IMG/VR virus record: IMGVR_UViG_2974703886_000001
Span: 6,374-70,373 of that record
From: a virus
Taxonomy: Duplodnaviria; Caudoviricetes
Reading direction: 5' to 3' (one strand)
DNA: 64,000 nucleotides
This document shows, one piece after another, positions 11,101-19,895 of this stretch. The position numbers were made by a program, and so were the translations under genes. Position 1 is the stretch's first letter, and every line of letters begins with the position of its first letter. The notes beneath the pieces were generated by a model, which did no database searches, had not been told where the DNA came from, and was given only the letters and a program-made list of their open reading frames with translations.

Positions 11101-14100
11101 TCCAACCTGGCGTGGCTGTCGAAGGGTGAGTTCGTCGCTCGCAAGGCTGCCGTGGACTACTACGGCAAGGAGTTCTTTGACGACCTGAACGGCATGCGCC
11201 TGCCGAAGTTCAGCATCGGTGGTGGCGTGATGATGCCGCAGAAGCCGCTGTTCCCGATCCCGGCGACCCCGGCCCCTGCGCCTACTCCGCCCCCGGCACC
11301 GGCCCCTGCGCCGGTCTACGGTCCTCCGATGCCGCCGGTCAAGACGACTGCCGAGCAGTATGACCCGCACTTCAATCCGGCGTTCCGTGTGCCGTCGCCG
11401 TTCGACGGTCTCAAACCGCTGGATATGGCTGGGCGTACACCGGAACAGGTGCTGCGTGACAACGGCATCGTGCCGCTGTCGGATCAGAACTACCCTGACC
11501 CGACGAACCCTGGCTCGCTGACTACGTCCGCGATTGCCCGCACGCATGGCGAGGGTGTCGACAAGGTACTCACGGGCAACGAGTACTACAAGAAGCTGTA
11601 CGAGAAGCCCGCTACGCCGCCGAAGCCGACACCGAAGCCTGAGCCGAAGCCGACGCCGAAGCCCACCCCGAAGCCGACGCCTAAGCCGGAGTCGAAGACG
11701 ACCGGTGGCAGCAGCAAGGACGTGGGGACAGGTACGCCGTCGTCGTCGGTTCACACCGGCTCTGGTGCGCTCCCCGGTCCCCAGGCCACACACGCGGGTA
11801 CCGGGTACTACCCCGGCCCTGTGTCGTCGGTGGCGCTGCCGTACGCGGCGTACATGAACTCGGCTGTGGCTGCTGGCATGCCACTGTTCGACCGTGGCAC
11901 CGGCAGCGAGGCTGGCCTGCAGGTCAACACGATTGCGGTGAAGCGTGCCGTCGAGGCGATGTTCCCGCAGATCACCAATATCGGTGGTGTGCGCGAGGAT
12001 GCGCTGAAGTGGCACCCGAACGGCCTGGCGGTCGACATCATGATCCCCGGCGCTGGCGGTCTGAATGACCCCACCCCGGCTGAGGGCAAGGCTCTGGGTG
12101 ACCAGATCTACGCCTACCTGATGGCCAACAAGGATGCGCTGGGCATCGACCACATCCTGTGGCAGACCAAGGACCACTACAACCACCTGCACGTCGCCAC
12201 GACGGGCGGTGGCTTGCCGAAGGGCAATGAGCAGTACCTGCTGCCCGGTGCTGGTCCGCTGGCCGCGTTCGGCCCGCAGCTCACGCCGCAGCTCTTGGCC
12301 GCGACGGGTATCACGTTGGACGCCAATGGTCTGCCGACTGGTGGTGGCCAGGCGCTGGACCCGATCAGCGAGTTCTTCCGCTCCATCGGTCTGGACCCGC
12401 GCCAGAAGGGCCTCGAGCACCTCGCTGGCGACAAGGTCACCGACTTCCTGAAGGGCCAAGCCCAGGATGTCGGCAGCCAGCTCGCCCAGATCGGCCTCGG
12501 TCTGGTGAGCGGCTTGACCGGCCTGGACTTCTCGTCGCTCGTCGGCCATGGCCAGACGATTGGGAACTTCCTGATCGACAAGTACGGCGAAGACGGTGAA
12601 GGCAGCGGTGAGGCGACCAGCCTGAACGACCTCGCTGGCACGGCGATGGGCAACTACCTGACCGGCCAGCTCCCGTTGTCCGGCTCCGGTGGCTTCGACC
12701 CGTGGCTGGGCGCTGACGTGTCCGGCTTGTTCGCTGATCCGAACAACCTTGCGGGCCAAGCGTTCTCCGAGCAGATGGGCGAGGCCAGTGCTGGCGTTAC
12801 TCGCTGGCTGCCGGTGGTCAAGAGCGTTGTGATGCGCCTGGTCCAGGCGGGCCTGATCCCGAAGGACAAGGCGAACGCTTGGGTCTCGGCAGTCCTGCGG
12901 CAGATGCAGTTGGAGTCGGGCGGCAACCCGAAGGCGATCAACCTGTCGGATTCCAACGCCGCCAAGGGAACTCCGTCGCAGGGCTTGATGCAGGTTATCA
13001 AGCCGACGTTCGACCGGTACTTCCCTGAGGGCCTTGGGTTCACCAAGGACATCAACGACCCGGCTGCGAACATCGCCGCTGCGATCCTGTACGCCCAGGA
13101 CCGCTACGGCGGGCCGCACGGCATGACCGGCGTGAAGGGCTACAAGCGGGGCGGCATCATCCGTGGTATCGGATCGGCCCACTCCGACTCGATCCTGGCT
13201 CGCGTGAGCCGGGGCGAGTACCTGAACAACGCCCGGTCGGTGGCCTACTACGGTCCTGAGCTGTTCAACCGGCTGAATGCTATGCAGATCCCGCGTGAGG
13301 CTCTGCCTGGCTTCGCGGACGGCATGTGGTGGAACCCGCTGCTGCCGATGCCGCAACCGGCGACCCCGCCGACGCCAGGCCAGCCCGCGCCGCCACCGCC
13401 TGGTGGCCAAGTGCCTGGGCCGCTGGCTCTGACGCCTCCTGGCGCGACCACGGCCCCCTCGACCGGGGGAGCACCGGGGCCGGGTGCGACTGCTCCCGCA
13501 CCTGACCCTGGTGCCACCCCCACTGTTGGCGAGGACGCCGTCGCTGGCGCTCTCGGCTCACTGGGTGGCTCTGTGGGTGGCGGCGGTGCCGCCCCCTCGG
13601 TAGTCCAGCCGGGTGCCAGCCCCACGGGCGAGGGTGATCCCCGCGCCACGCTGGGCGCAGCCCCGACGAACTACGACCACGTCCACCCGGCGTTGTCGAA
13701 GGGCATCCAGGGCGCTGCCGGTGCGATTGGTGGTATTGCCGGTATGGCCGCTGGCCTCGCTGGTGCCGCTGGCACGGCGATGACCGGCAATCCGGCGGCG
13801 GGTGCTGCGGGTAGCGCTGCAGCGCAGGGTATCCAGGCTGGCGCGATGATCGGTGGCCAGGTGGCCGTCGGCGCGGCGAACATCCTGTCGTCGCTGATGG
13901 TCGGCACGTTGTCGAACGGCTCGACCCAGTCGGCTTCGGGTGTGCCGCTGCTGCCTCAGCGTCAGCAGAACAGCGGTGTGCGTGTGGTCCAGCGCGTCCA
14001 CAACGGCGACATCAACGTCAGTAATCTGGACGAGTTCCGCCGGACGCAGGCCCGCATGGACGCCCAGGCTGCGATGCCATTCATCAGCAAGTACGAGGCA

Positions 14101-14103
14101 TAA
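8113..14103 (+). CDS. Tape measure protein with embedded peptidase-like and lytic transglycosylase domains
   Basis: 1996 aa, follows the chaperones; ESGGNP...GLMQ SLT motif; H...D...HxH motif. Confidence 0.93.
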   Translation: MAGKVLVGEAAVRIVPTLKGFHSRVREEIRRQPHQIDVRVNPDFKGANLQMELWRHIQEQRAVNVPVRTDFKGFKKDLGQVEHIFKRSSVSRALRLNVKVLGLDALPALAYAAGNATAGIDALGKSLLALPGISAGALGSIAALATGLKGIGAAFEEVSGGAADHEKSLKDIEKAQRGVARAQRDLNQAYRDSKREIQDLNMELRRASLDEADAILNIQEAADRLREGNFKSITEYQRAQLQFIRSIDDLNRLRVENNRLMEDTALANAKGVEGSDAVVDALDRVTDALDDLAEAQKEASKFDFQGEAMARLSQNAQAFVQAVKSVGDAWGDMQKSVQDKLFAGMDKEFLGFSERMLPGLQIGLGRVASGLNNDIKSMMQAVSSDLNRGFLRDIFGNTESGLNRMAKGFEPLINGLMRMAAVGSDFLPRLGDAFDRVFRRFDKWVQESEADGSLKKWIDEGLDSLSDLGNAVLNLFSIINSISEAFAEASGYSGGLANSLKRGTEYLANLLKTTRGRQSLVDYFSKARDFASQIWNALKDIKPFLSDVVEIARQWSSWMLTILGGFTKIASALEDHTGLLFPILSAYMTFRTVRPILDAVTTGWKNYKTIVEALARFKYTERIFAPIANGAVIASGELHKLGGKADETGKKVGGEQKGSLLKAAKGLAMFIGPGAGFMIAVTGAMYGIDKLGESHRRAAEQARQQEEALKSLKRTLDDVTGAATMQTVTETSKSFQNFMIPGLGEVNINQRAQQLGINPSELVKAAADPTQVGLIASLREDLMERTKRDIMTNPDWLKWQDFYAKGGVDAETLARAIWGEDDAVKKIEDLQQLQVGLPFNAPQWMIDADRLARGKGGRMPSLTDWIQSSEAAQVGFAFSETTRSQGAQLAETKESSAVASGSAKGWQLTPQAGMFSNWQPDPQPDKDPNTNEARIVLNRKPDKATLDSWQEQDISGRELPNGRYEITLPPDMADVMLAPRFNRGGLMGGIGTGTSDSNLAWLSKGEFVARKAAVDYYGKEFFDDLNGMRLPKFSIGGGVMMPQKPLFPIPATPAPAPTPPPAPAPAPVYGPPMPPVKTTAEQYDPHFNPAFRVPSPFDGLKPLDMAGRTPEQVLRDNGIVPLSDQNYPDPTNPGSLTTSAIARTHGEGVDKVLTGNEYYKKLYEKPATPPKPTPKPEPKPTPKPTPKPTPKPESKTTGGSSKDVGTGTPSSSVHTGSGALPGPQATHAGTGYYPGPVSSVALPYAAYMNSAVAAGMPLFDRGTGSEAGLQVNTIAVKRAVEAMFPQITNIGGVREDALKWHPNGLAVDIMIPGAGGLNDPTPAEGKALGDQIYAYLMANKDALGIDHILWQTKDHYNHLHVATTGGGLPKGNEQYLLPGAGPLAAFGPQLTPQLLAATGITLDANGLPTGGGQALDPISEFFRSIGLDPRQKGLEHLAGDKVTDFLKGQAQDVGSQLAQIGLGLVSGLTGLDFSSLVGHGQTIGNFLIDKYGEDGEGSGEATSLNDLAGTAMGNYLTGQLPLSGSGGFDPWLGADVSGLFADPNNLAGQAFSEQMGEASAGVTRWLPVVKSVVMRLVQAGLIPKDKANAWVSAVLRQMQLESGGNPKAINLSDSNAAKGTPSQGLMQVIKPTFDRYFPEGLGFTKDINDPAANIAAAILYAQDRYGGPHGMTGVKGYKRGGIIRGIGSAHSDSILARVSRGEYLNNARSVAYYGPELFNRLNAMQIPREALPGFADGMWWNPLLPMPQPATPPTPGQPAPPPPGGQVPGPLALTPPGATTAPSTGGAPGPGATAPAPDPGATPTVGEDAVAGALGSLGGSVGGGGAAPSVVQPGASPTGEGDPRATLGAAPTNYDHVHPALSKGIQGAAGAIGGIAGMAAGLAGAAGTAMTGNPAAGAAGSAAAQGIQAGAMIGGQVAVGAANILSSLMVGTLSNGSTQSASGVPLLPQRQQNSGVRVVQRVHNGDINVSNLDEFRRTQARMDAQAAMPFISKYEA

Positions 14104-14178
14104 CCCCAGGACGCCGTTCGGCTGCATCACGGAATGTGGTCGAACGGCGTCACTGGCTGAAATCCATTCAGGTGCAAC

Positions 14179-15096
14179 ATGCTTCATGATCCATACGACT
14201 CCCGCGCCAAGATCGAAGTCTTCGGCGTGCATGGGGAGTACTTCTGCATCTCCGGTGAGGGTGCGGGGGAGCAGGGCGTGATCCTTCGCCCCAAGCTGAA
14301 GGGTGCCATCGACGCCCCCGTGAACTCTCTGTGGGTGCCCGGTTCCTACGGCAAGAAGTTCGTGGACTTCCGTTGGGAGCGACGGGATGTCGTGTTCACG
14401 GTCCAGATCTTCGCCGAATCGGGCGACTCTGAGGACTGGCACACCATCGACTCCAGGTGGCGGTTCGCCTTCGACTACGTCAAGGAGACCACGATCCGCT
14501 ACACCACCTCGGACGGCTGGCGCGAGCTGAGGGTGCGCCTCCTGGAGGAACCGGAGGCGTACGACTCTGACGATTGGGAGGGTAAAGACCCCCACCTGTA
14601 CGCGGAGTCGACCATGGTGATGACGGTGGCCGCTGAGCTGCCGTTCTACGTCGGCCCGCCGGACATCTACGAGTGGTCTGGTGAGGGCACCTCTGGCCGC
14701 ACCAAGTTCAAGCTGCATGTCGACTGCGACGTGCCGGTGTGGCCCGAGTGGATTCTGTCGGACCAGGCTCGCTGGCGGCTGCCGGACTTCTCTTGGGGGA
14801 ACCAAGAATACGGTCGCGGTATCGCGGATGCTGGTCGCACCGTTGAACTTCCATTCCTCCCGAAGGGTGCTGGCTGCACGGCGAACTCTGATCCGCGTGT
14901 GCAAACCCTGATCGCGAAGAACCGAATCAACTTGCAGGGCCTCTGGCACGGCCAGGACTTGCTGTACCCGATAGCGGGCGGCACCTACGAGGAGATCCCC
15001 GTCGCGGTGCGTGACGCAGTCGACGGTTTCGCCTGCCGCCTGATCGTGCCGAAGTGGTACTCACGGCCCTGGTCTCGACCTGTGGGGACGGTATGA
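14179..15096 (+). CDS. Minor tail protein (distal tail-like)
   Basis: First gene after TMP; typical mycobacteriophage sequence pattern. Confidence 0.75.
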   Translation: MLHDPYDSRAKIEVFGVHGEYFCISGEGAGEQGVILRPKLKGAIDAPVNSLWVPGSYGKKFVDFRWERRDVVFTVQIFAESGDSEDWHTIDSRWRFAFDYVKETTIRYTTSDGWRELRVRLLEEPEAYDSDDWEGKDPHLYAESTMVMTVAAELPFYVGPPDIYEWSGEGTSGRTKFKLHVDCDVPVWPEWILSDQARWRLPDFSWGNQEYGRGIADAGRTVELPFLPKGAGCTANSDPRVQTLIAKNRINLQGLWHGQDLLYPIAGGTYEEIPVAVRDAVDGFACRLIVPKWYSRPWSRPVGTV

Positions 15097-16817
15097 CGAC
15101 CCGACTTGAAGAACTGAACGACATCAAGGCTGAGTGCGACCGGTACTGGCAGGAGCTTGTCTGGCTGCAGCAGTCCAAGCCCATGATCCAGTTCTACCGC
15201 AACAAGGAGAACGGGGATGAGGGCCTGGAGTACTACGGGCGCGTCTCGTACCAGGACACCCTGAGGTCGTCGTTCCCCTTCAAGTGGAACATCAGCCAGC
15301 AGGGGACGCTGGAACTCCGCTTCGATCACTACATCTCGGAGTGGATGCGGACGATCCCGAACGATCCGCACGCGAAGAAGAACGTGGTGATCCGCGTCGA
15401 CTTCTTCGGTGGTCGGCTCCGCTGGACCGGCCTGCTGCACCACCACGCGGTGAAGCAGCGGGACGGCATCTACTACATGGAGCTGACATTCCAGGACGAC
15501 CTGCAGTTCCTCCAGTTCCTCCTCGGCCCGCCGAACCCCGCTCTGCCGCTGGAGATCTTCCAGTTCCCCCGCGTGCTGCCGATTCTGGGTCCGGCCAAGT
15601 GGGCTTGCTCAATCATGATCCTGATCAACCTGATTCGGGTCGAGGGCAACCTGTGGCAGATACCAGACGATCCATTTGACCTAGAGCAGTGGGTGAACTG
15701 GCTCCCAACACAGTGGCAGAACTGGCAAGTCCACGTGAAGTGCAACCCTCTGCCGCTTGACGATTCGTCTCTGTGGACGGTTCTCGGCACCCGCATGAAC
15801 CCGATTGACTCGGTGCTCGCGGACGCCCTGGAGGACGCCCAGATCACGATCCGCTGGCGGCGGTGCTTCACGGATGAGGGTGAGCGTGAGAGCGGCCTGC
15901 TGTTCGTGGACCAACCGGCCAACGGTGCCCTGATCTTCTGGCTGGAGGACACCTCGGGCTACCACAGCCCGCTGGAGGGCACGTTCGTTGAGGGCACGAT
16001 TGTCGACGGCATGGTGCGCTCTGTGATCCAGTACGGCGCTGGGTTCGTTGAGGATTTCCGCCAGGTGATCACGGATGACGAGACCCTGTATCCGGACGAG
16101 TACTACCAATCCGGCTGGCTACGAACACTTTCCGCAGCACCAGCGTGGGTGGTCAGAGATAACTCCTGGACGCCAATAGAAACAGCCGAGCTGACGTGGT
16201 CCCCAGCCACTGCGGTCAAAGTCGTCGTCGGCGGCGACAACCCAGCAGCGGATGCCATCGCTCGTCTGATCATCCAGACGACGGGGAACATCCTCGGTTA
16301 CTTCCTGCTGGGCGGCTTTTCGTCCGCTGGCGACATCGCTGCGGACCTGATCATGCCGTTCCTGGTGGGCACCATCGCCGCGTGGATCGAGTGGAAGAAC
16401 ACCGGTCGAGCGCAGCAACTCGGCTGGGTCCACCTGTGGGAGGTCTACCAGCAGGGTGCCGAGAACAACGTGTGGTCGCTGTCGGCCATCGCGGCGCTGC
16501 GTGGCGGCTTCCAGGCCACCAAGTCGGAGACCTCGCACACCTTCTCGCTGCGTGGGGATTCCTGGCTGATGCCGGGTATCCACTTCGACATCGGTGACCG
16601 GATGGGGTCGACCAACCGGGGCTACCCGAACACGATCTTCGTGAACATGTGCCGGGAGATCGTCCCGAGCTGGGACTTCTACTCTCCGGAACCGTTGCAG
16701 TTCGTCTGCAAGTTCGGCGAGAACAAGGCCGCAATGAGTGTGGGTGAGCGCCTTGCCCGACTGGTCAAGAAGATTCGCGACATCCTGCAGAACATCGGCG
16801 TCCACATGATCGCCTAA
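15093..16817 (+). CDS. Minor tail protein (baseplate hub-like)
   Basis: ATGA overlap; GPAKWAC and FDIGDR motifs typical of the second minor tail gene. Confidence 0.75.
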   Translation: MTTRLEELNDIKAECDRYWQELVWLQQSKPMIQFYRNKENGDEGLEYYGRVSYQDTLRSSFPFKWNISQQGTLELRFDHYISEWMRTIPNDPHAKKNVVIRVDFFGGRLRWTGLLHHHAVKQRDGIYYMELTFQDDLQFLQFLLGPPNPALPLEIFQFPRVLPILGPAKWACSIMILINLIRVEGNLWQIPDDPFDLEQWVNWLPTQWQNWQVHVKCNPLPLDDSSLWTVLGTRMNPIDSVLADALEDAQITIRWRRCFTDEGERESGLLFVDQPANGALIFWLEDTSGYHSPLEGTFVEGTIVDGMVRSVIQYGAGFVEDFRQVITDDETLYPDEYYQSGWLRTLSAAPAWVVRDNSWTPIETAELTWSPATAVKVVVGGDNPAADAIARLIIQTTGNILGYFLLGGFSSAGDIAADLIMPFLVGTIAAWIEWKNTGRAQQLGWVHLWEVYQQGAENNVWSLSAIAALRGGFQATKSETSHTFSLRGDSWLMPGIHFDIGDRMGSTNRGYPNTIFVNMCREIVPSWDFYSPEPLQFVCKFGENKAAMSVGERLARLVKKIRDILQNIGVHMIA

Positions 16818-16836
16818 CGGTTGAGAGTTGCTGGGA

Positions 16837-16852
16837 TAGAATGAAGTAGAGG
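16837..16852 (+). promoter_or_regulatory. TAGAATGAAGTAGAGG putative late promoter (-10 plus conserved downstream bases)
   Basis: Near-identical copy at 24736-24751; both intergenic. Confidence 0.5.
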
Positions 16853-16871
16853 CGGTAGATCAGGAGCAGCA

Positions 16872-17324
16872 TTGCTACCCATAAACATTCATCCGCCAGA
16901 TCCCGACAACCCCAAAGGCATGGCCTTCATCATGGCTGCCGGATTTGTCGACCCTCGGCCTGGCTTCAATGGCCAGCGGCAGCCGATGGCTCTCATCCAA
17001 TCGTGGGAAGCCACAAGCGAATTGTGGTGGGATCTGGGATTGCGTTGGCACCCCGAGCTGGCCACGAAGTGGCTGAAGGGCGGGGGCAATTTCGGTGTGG
17101 CCGAGGTCACGGACGAACCCCAGGACTACACACCCAGCGTCGAGAAGGCGGCTGAGGAAGTCCTGGAGTACCTCGCGAAGGAGAACCCCCAGCAAGCGGA
17201 GCTGCTGAAGCGCATCCGCAGTGCTGGGACTCCTGAGGAAAGGGCCGAGGTCGCCAAGACCATCGAGAAGGATGTGCAGGCCCTCCTTAGCTTGATGAAA
17301 TACGTTACTGGAGAGGACAAGTAG
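16872..17324 (+). CDS. Minor tail-associated protein (DUF2744-like)
   Basis: LWWDLGLRWHPELATKW motif; TTG start with AGGAG. Confidence 0.6.
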   Translation: MLPINIHPPDPDNPKGMAFIMAAGFVDPRPGFNGQRQPMALIQSWEATSELWWDLGLRWHPELATKWLKGGGNFGVAEVTDEPQDYTPSVEKAAEEVLEYLAKENPQQAELLKRIRSAGTPEERAEVAKTIEKDVQALLSLMKYVTGEDK

Positions 17325-17327
17325 TAA

Positions 17328-19895
17328 ATGGCAGGCGGAATTCCGTCTGGTGAAGCTGGTGCGACACCTTCGGAATTCAGCGTCGTTGGGCCGATGCTCA
17401 GTGGTCTGGCTCAGCGAACTGAGCCGAACATTCGCGCCTACCTCGAGTCGCAGGTCAAGGGCGACAACGTCCTGACTGCGTTCTCGGAGAAGGTCTTCGC
17501 CGGTATTAACCCGAGTCTCGGCATCGTGGCCGGGATCATCGACGCCATCGTGCGTCAGATCATCGACGGCATCGGTGACGCCGTGGATGACGCTGAGGAG
17601 TGGATCGCCCACCTCCTCAGCAATCTGAACGTCTACTACAAGAACCTCGGCGAGTTCTTGGGGTCGATCAACTTCTTGTCGCCGGACTTCAACCCGCAGC
17701 AGGCGGCGCAGGAGTTCATCGAGCTGATGATCCTGCCGCTGAACCTGCTGCTGGGTCCGGACTCTCCGATCAACCTGGCGAACGCGTTCGGCGTGCTGCC
17801 GAAGGTTCACATCGGTGCGATCACACGGGAACGCCCGAACCTGATACAGGCTGGCAACTTCCCACTGGGTTCGATTGCGCCGAACGGCGATTGGGATATT
17901 GACCTCACGTCACGAACCGATGACGGTTCGGGTTCGGCCAAGGTCCAAGCCAATGGCCGGTTCAAGGCCCTGCGAAGCGGTCGCAGGCCGGATGACGTGA
18001 TCCAGGTTGGCGAGGGTCAGAAGTTCGAGTTCGCCATCAACGTCCGCTGGACTGACTACGTCGGCAACGGCGGCGATGCCATCGAGCTGCACGTTGTGCC
18101 ATTCGCCAATGGCGTCCCCCAGCCCCCCGTGAAACTCACGAGCTTCAGGCCGGACGAGACAGAGTCCCCCTGGCCTGGCGTGGAAATCACAGGGGAGTGG
18201 ACCGTCCCCGATGGGGTCGACGGCATCCAGCAGCGCATCCTTGTCACCCCGAATGCGCTGGAGGGCTGGTTCTACTTCGATGACGCATCCGCGAAGCAGG
18301 ACGTGGTGTTCCGGCTGGAGTGGATCGACGGCCTGCCCGAAGAGCTGCAGAACATCCTCGCCCACTGGCAGGCGACCCTGAACACGATCTTCCACTCGCT
18401 GACCGGCATCACGAACGCCTTCACCGAGCTGGCCGACATCGCCGAGGCCCTGGCGAACATCCCGTTCCAGAACATCGCTGGCGTGCTGGGGCCTGGCAAC
18501 CTGGGTGCGTCGGTCATTGAGGCGATCAACGCCATCGTCGGCGGCTGGGTGGGCCAGCAGGGCACCGGCGCTGGTATCGCGGACCTGTTCAACATCGGCA
18601 AGCTGATCTCATCCATGGCCTCTCAGGGCCGAATGGCCTGGGAGATCTTGGGCATTCGCAACAACAGGCCGGTGGCCAGTGGTCTTCTGCCGTCGTCGCA
18701 TGCGAACTACGAGATCACTAGCATCAACACGAACCTGGAGACGACGCAGAGTCAGTCTCTGATCGGCGTCATCCGCGTGGCCCAGGACATGCCACTGGGC
18801 CTGATCTCATGGCTTGGCTGCGGCACGGCGAACCTGACCGCGTTCTACATCAACGTCTGGTACATCGACCCCACCGATGGCACGCGTGACCTGGTTCACC
18901 ACTCGCCCAACCTGATTGGCGACATCGTGTCCGGTTCGACGCCGGACTGGAACTTCTACAACCTCGACACTTCCGAGGATGGTCCGCTGCCGCTGCTGGC
19001 CGGTGAGGATTACGCCATTGAGTTCGTGCCGGTGGGCACCGGCAGCCACATCATTCGCGGCATGTCGACTGACGACGACATTCCCGACCACCCGTACGCA
19101 CAGGTGGTTGGCCTTGCTGCATGGCGGGACAACAGCACCAATCCGAACAACCCGCCTGCGTCGATCCTCAAGGCGAACTGGAACACCGGCCAGGACATCC
19201 CCTGGTTCTGCATCGCCATCGACACGAGCACGAGCGTCAACTACCACGATCCGCTGACGGTCCCGTTCAACGAGGACGGCAGCATCGTGGTGCCCCGCTG
19301 GGCCAAGTACGTGGACGTGATCGGTGTCGGCGGGGGCGGTGGCTCGCGTCAGGGTGGCACGGTCGGCTTCTACGGCGAGCCTGGTGAGCCTGGCCAGTGG
19401 AACGCCGTCACCTGGGTGCGCGGCGAGGACTTCTCCGGTGATGCTCCAACGGTCGTGGTCGACATTGGGAATGGCGGCTACGGCGGCACCGGCAATGGTT
19501 CAGCGGGCCAGAACACGGTCATCACCCTGGGGGGCGAGACCTTGGTCTGTCCTGGTGGCGCTGGCGGTACGCAGCTTCAGCCGATCATCATCGGCGGCGA
19601 CCCATATGGCCGTGGCCCAGGCGATTTCGAGTACAACGACGTGGTCTACAAGGGTGGCGTCGACCAGCGGTCGTACGGCAGCGCGGGCAGCGTGCCGGGT
19701 GGCGGCGCGATGGGCGGCAACTGGCTGCTGTTCTCGCCGGGTGCCTACGGCGGCAAGGGTGCTGTGTGGGTCGTCTTCCGCGACGGTGACACTGGCGACG
19801 CGATCCCCGAAGCCCCCGAGCCACCGGCAGCTCCGATTGTGACGGTCGTTGAGACCACCTACTCCACGATCAAGATCCAAATCGAGGACGAGTAA
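17328..19895 (+). CDS. Minor tail protein, glycine-rich C-terminal region
   Basis: 855 aa; carbohydrate-binding-like central region; GGGGG/GGAGG-rich C-terminus. Confidence 0.75.
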   Translation: MAGGIPSGEAGATPSEFSVVGPMLSGLAQRTEPNIRAYLESQVKGDNVLTAFSEKVFAGINPSLGIVAGIIDAIVRQIIDGIGDAVDDAEEWIAHLLSNLNVYYKNLGEFLGSINFLSPDFNPQQAAQEFIELMILPLNLLLGPDSPINLANAFGVLPKVHIGAITRERPNLIQAGNFPLGSIAPNGDWDIDLTSRTDDGSGSAKVQANGRFKALRSGRRPDDVIQVGEGQKFEFAINVRWTDYVGNGGDAIELHVVPFANGVPQPPVKLTSFRPDETESPWPGVEITGEWTVPDGVDGIQQRILVTPNALEGWFYFDDASAKQDVVFRLEWIDGLPEELQNILAHWQATLNTIFHSLTGITNAFTELADIAEALANIPFQNIAGVLGPGNLGASVIEAINAIVGGWVGQQGTGAGIADLFNIGKLISSMASQGRMAWEILGIRNNRPVASGLLPSSHANYEITSINTNLETTQSQSLIGVIRVAQDMPLGLISWLGCGTANLTAFYINVWYIDPTDGTRDLVHHSPNLIGDIVSGSTPDWNFYNLDTSEDGPLPLLAGEDYAIEFVPVGTGSHIIRGMSTDDDIPDHPYAQVVGLAAWRDNSTNPNNPPASILKANWNTGQDIPWFCIAIDTSTSVNYHDPLTVPFNEDGSIVVPRWAKYVDVIGVGGGGGSRQGGTVGFYGEPGEPGQWNAVTWVRGEDFSGDAPTVVVDIGNGGYGGTGNGSAGQNTVITLGGETLVCPGGAGGTQLQPIIIGGDPYGRGPGDFEYNDVVYKGGVDQRSYGSAGSVPGGGAMGGNWLLFSPGAYGGKGAVWVVFRDGDTGDAIPEAPEPPAAPIVTVVETTYSTIKIQIEDE

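Noticed and set aside
10306-13410. 1034-aa minus-strand ORF
   Set aside because: Antisense shadow of the tape measure gene.
13558-14949. 463-aa minus-strand ORF
   Set aside because: Antisense to TMP and the minor tail gene; composition typical of a shadow ORF.
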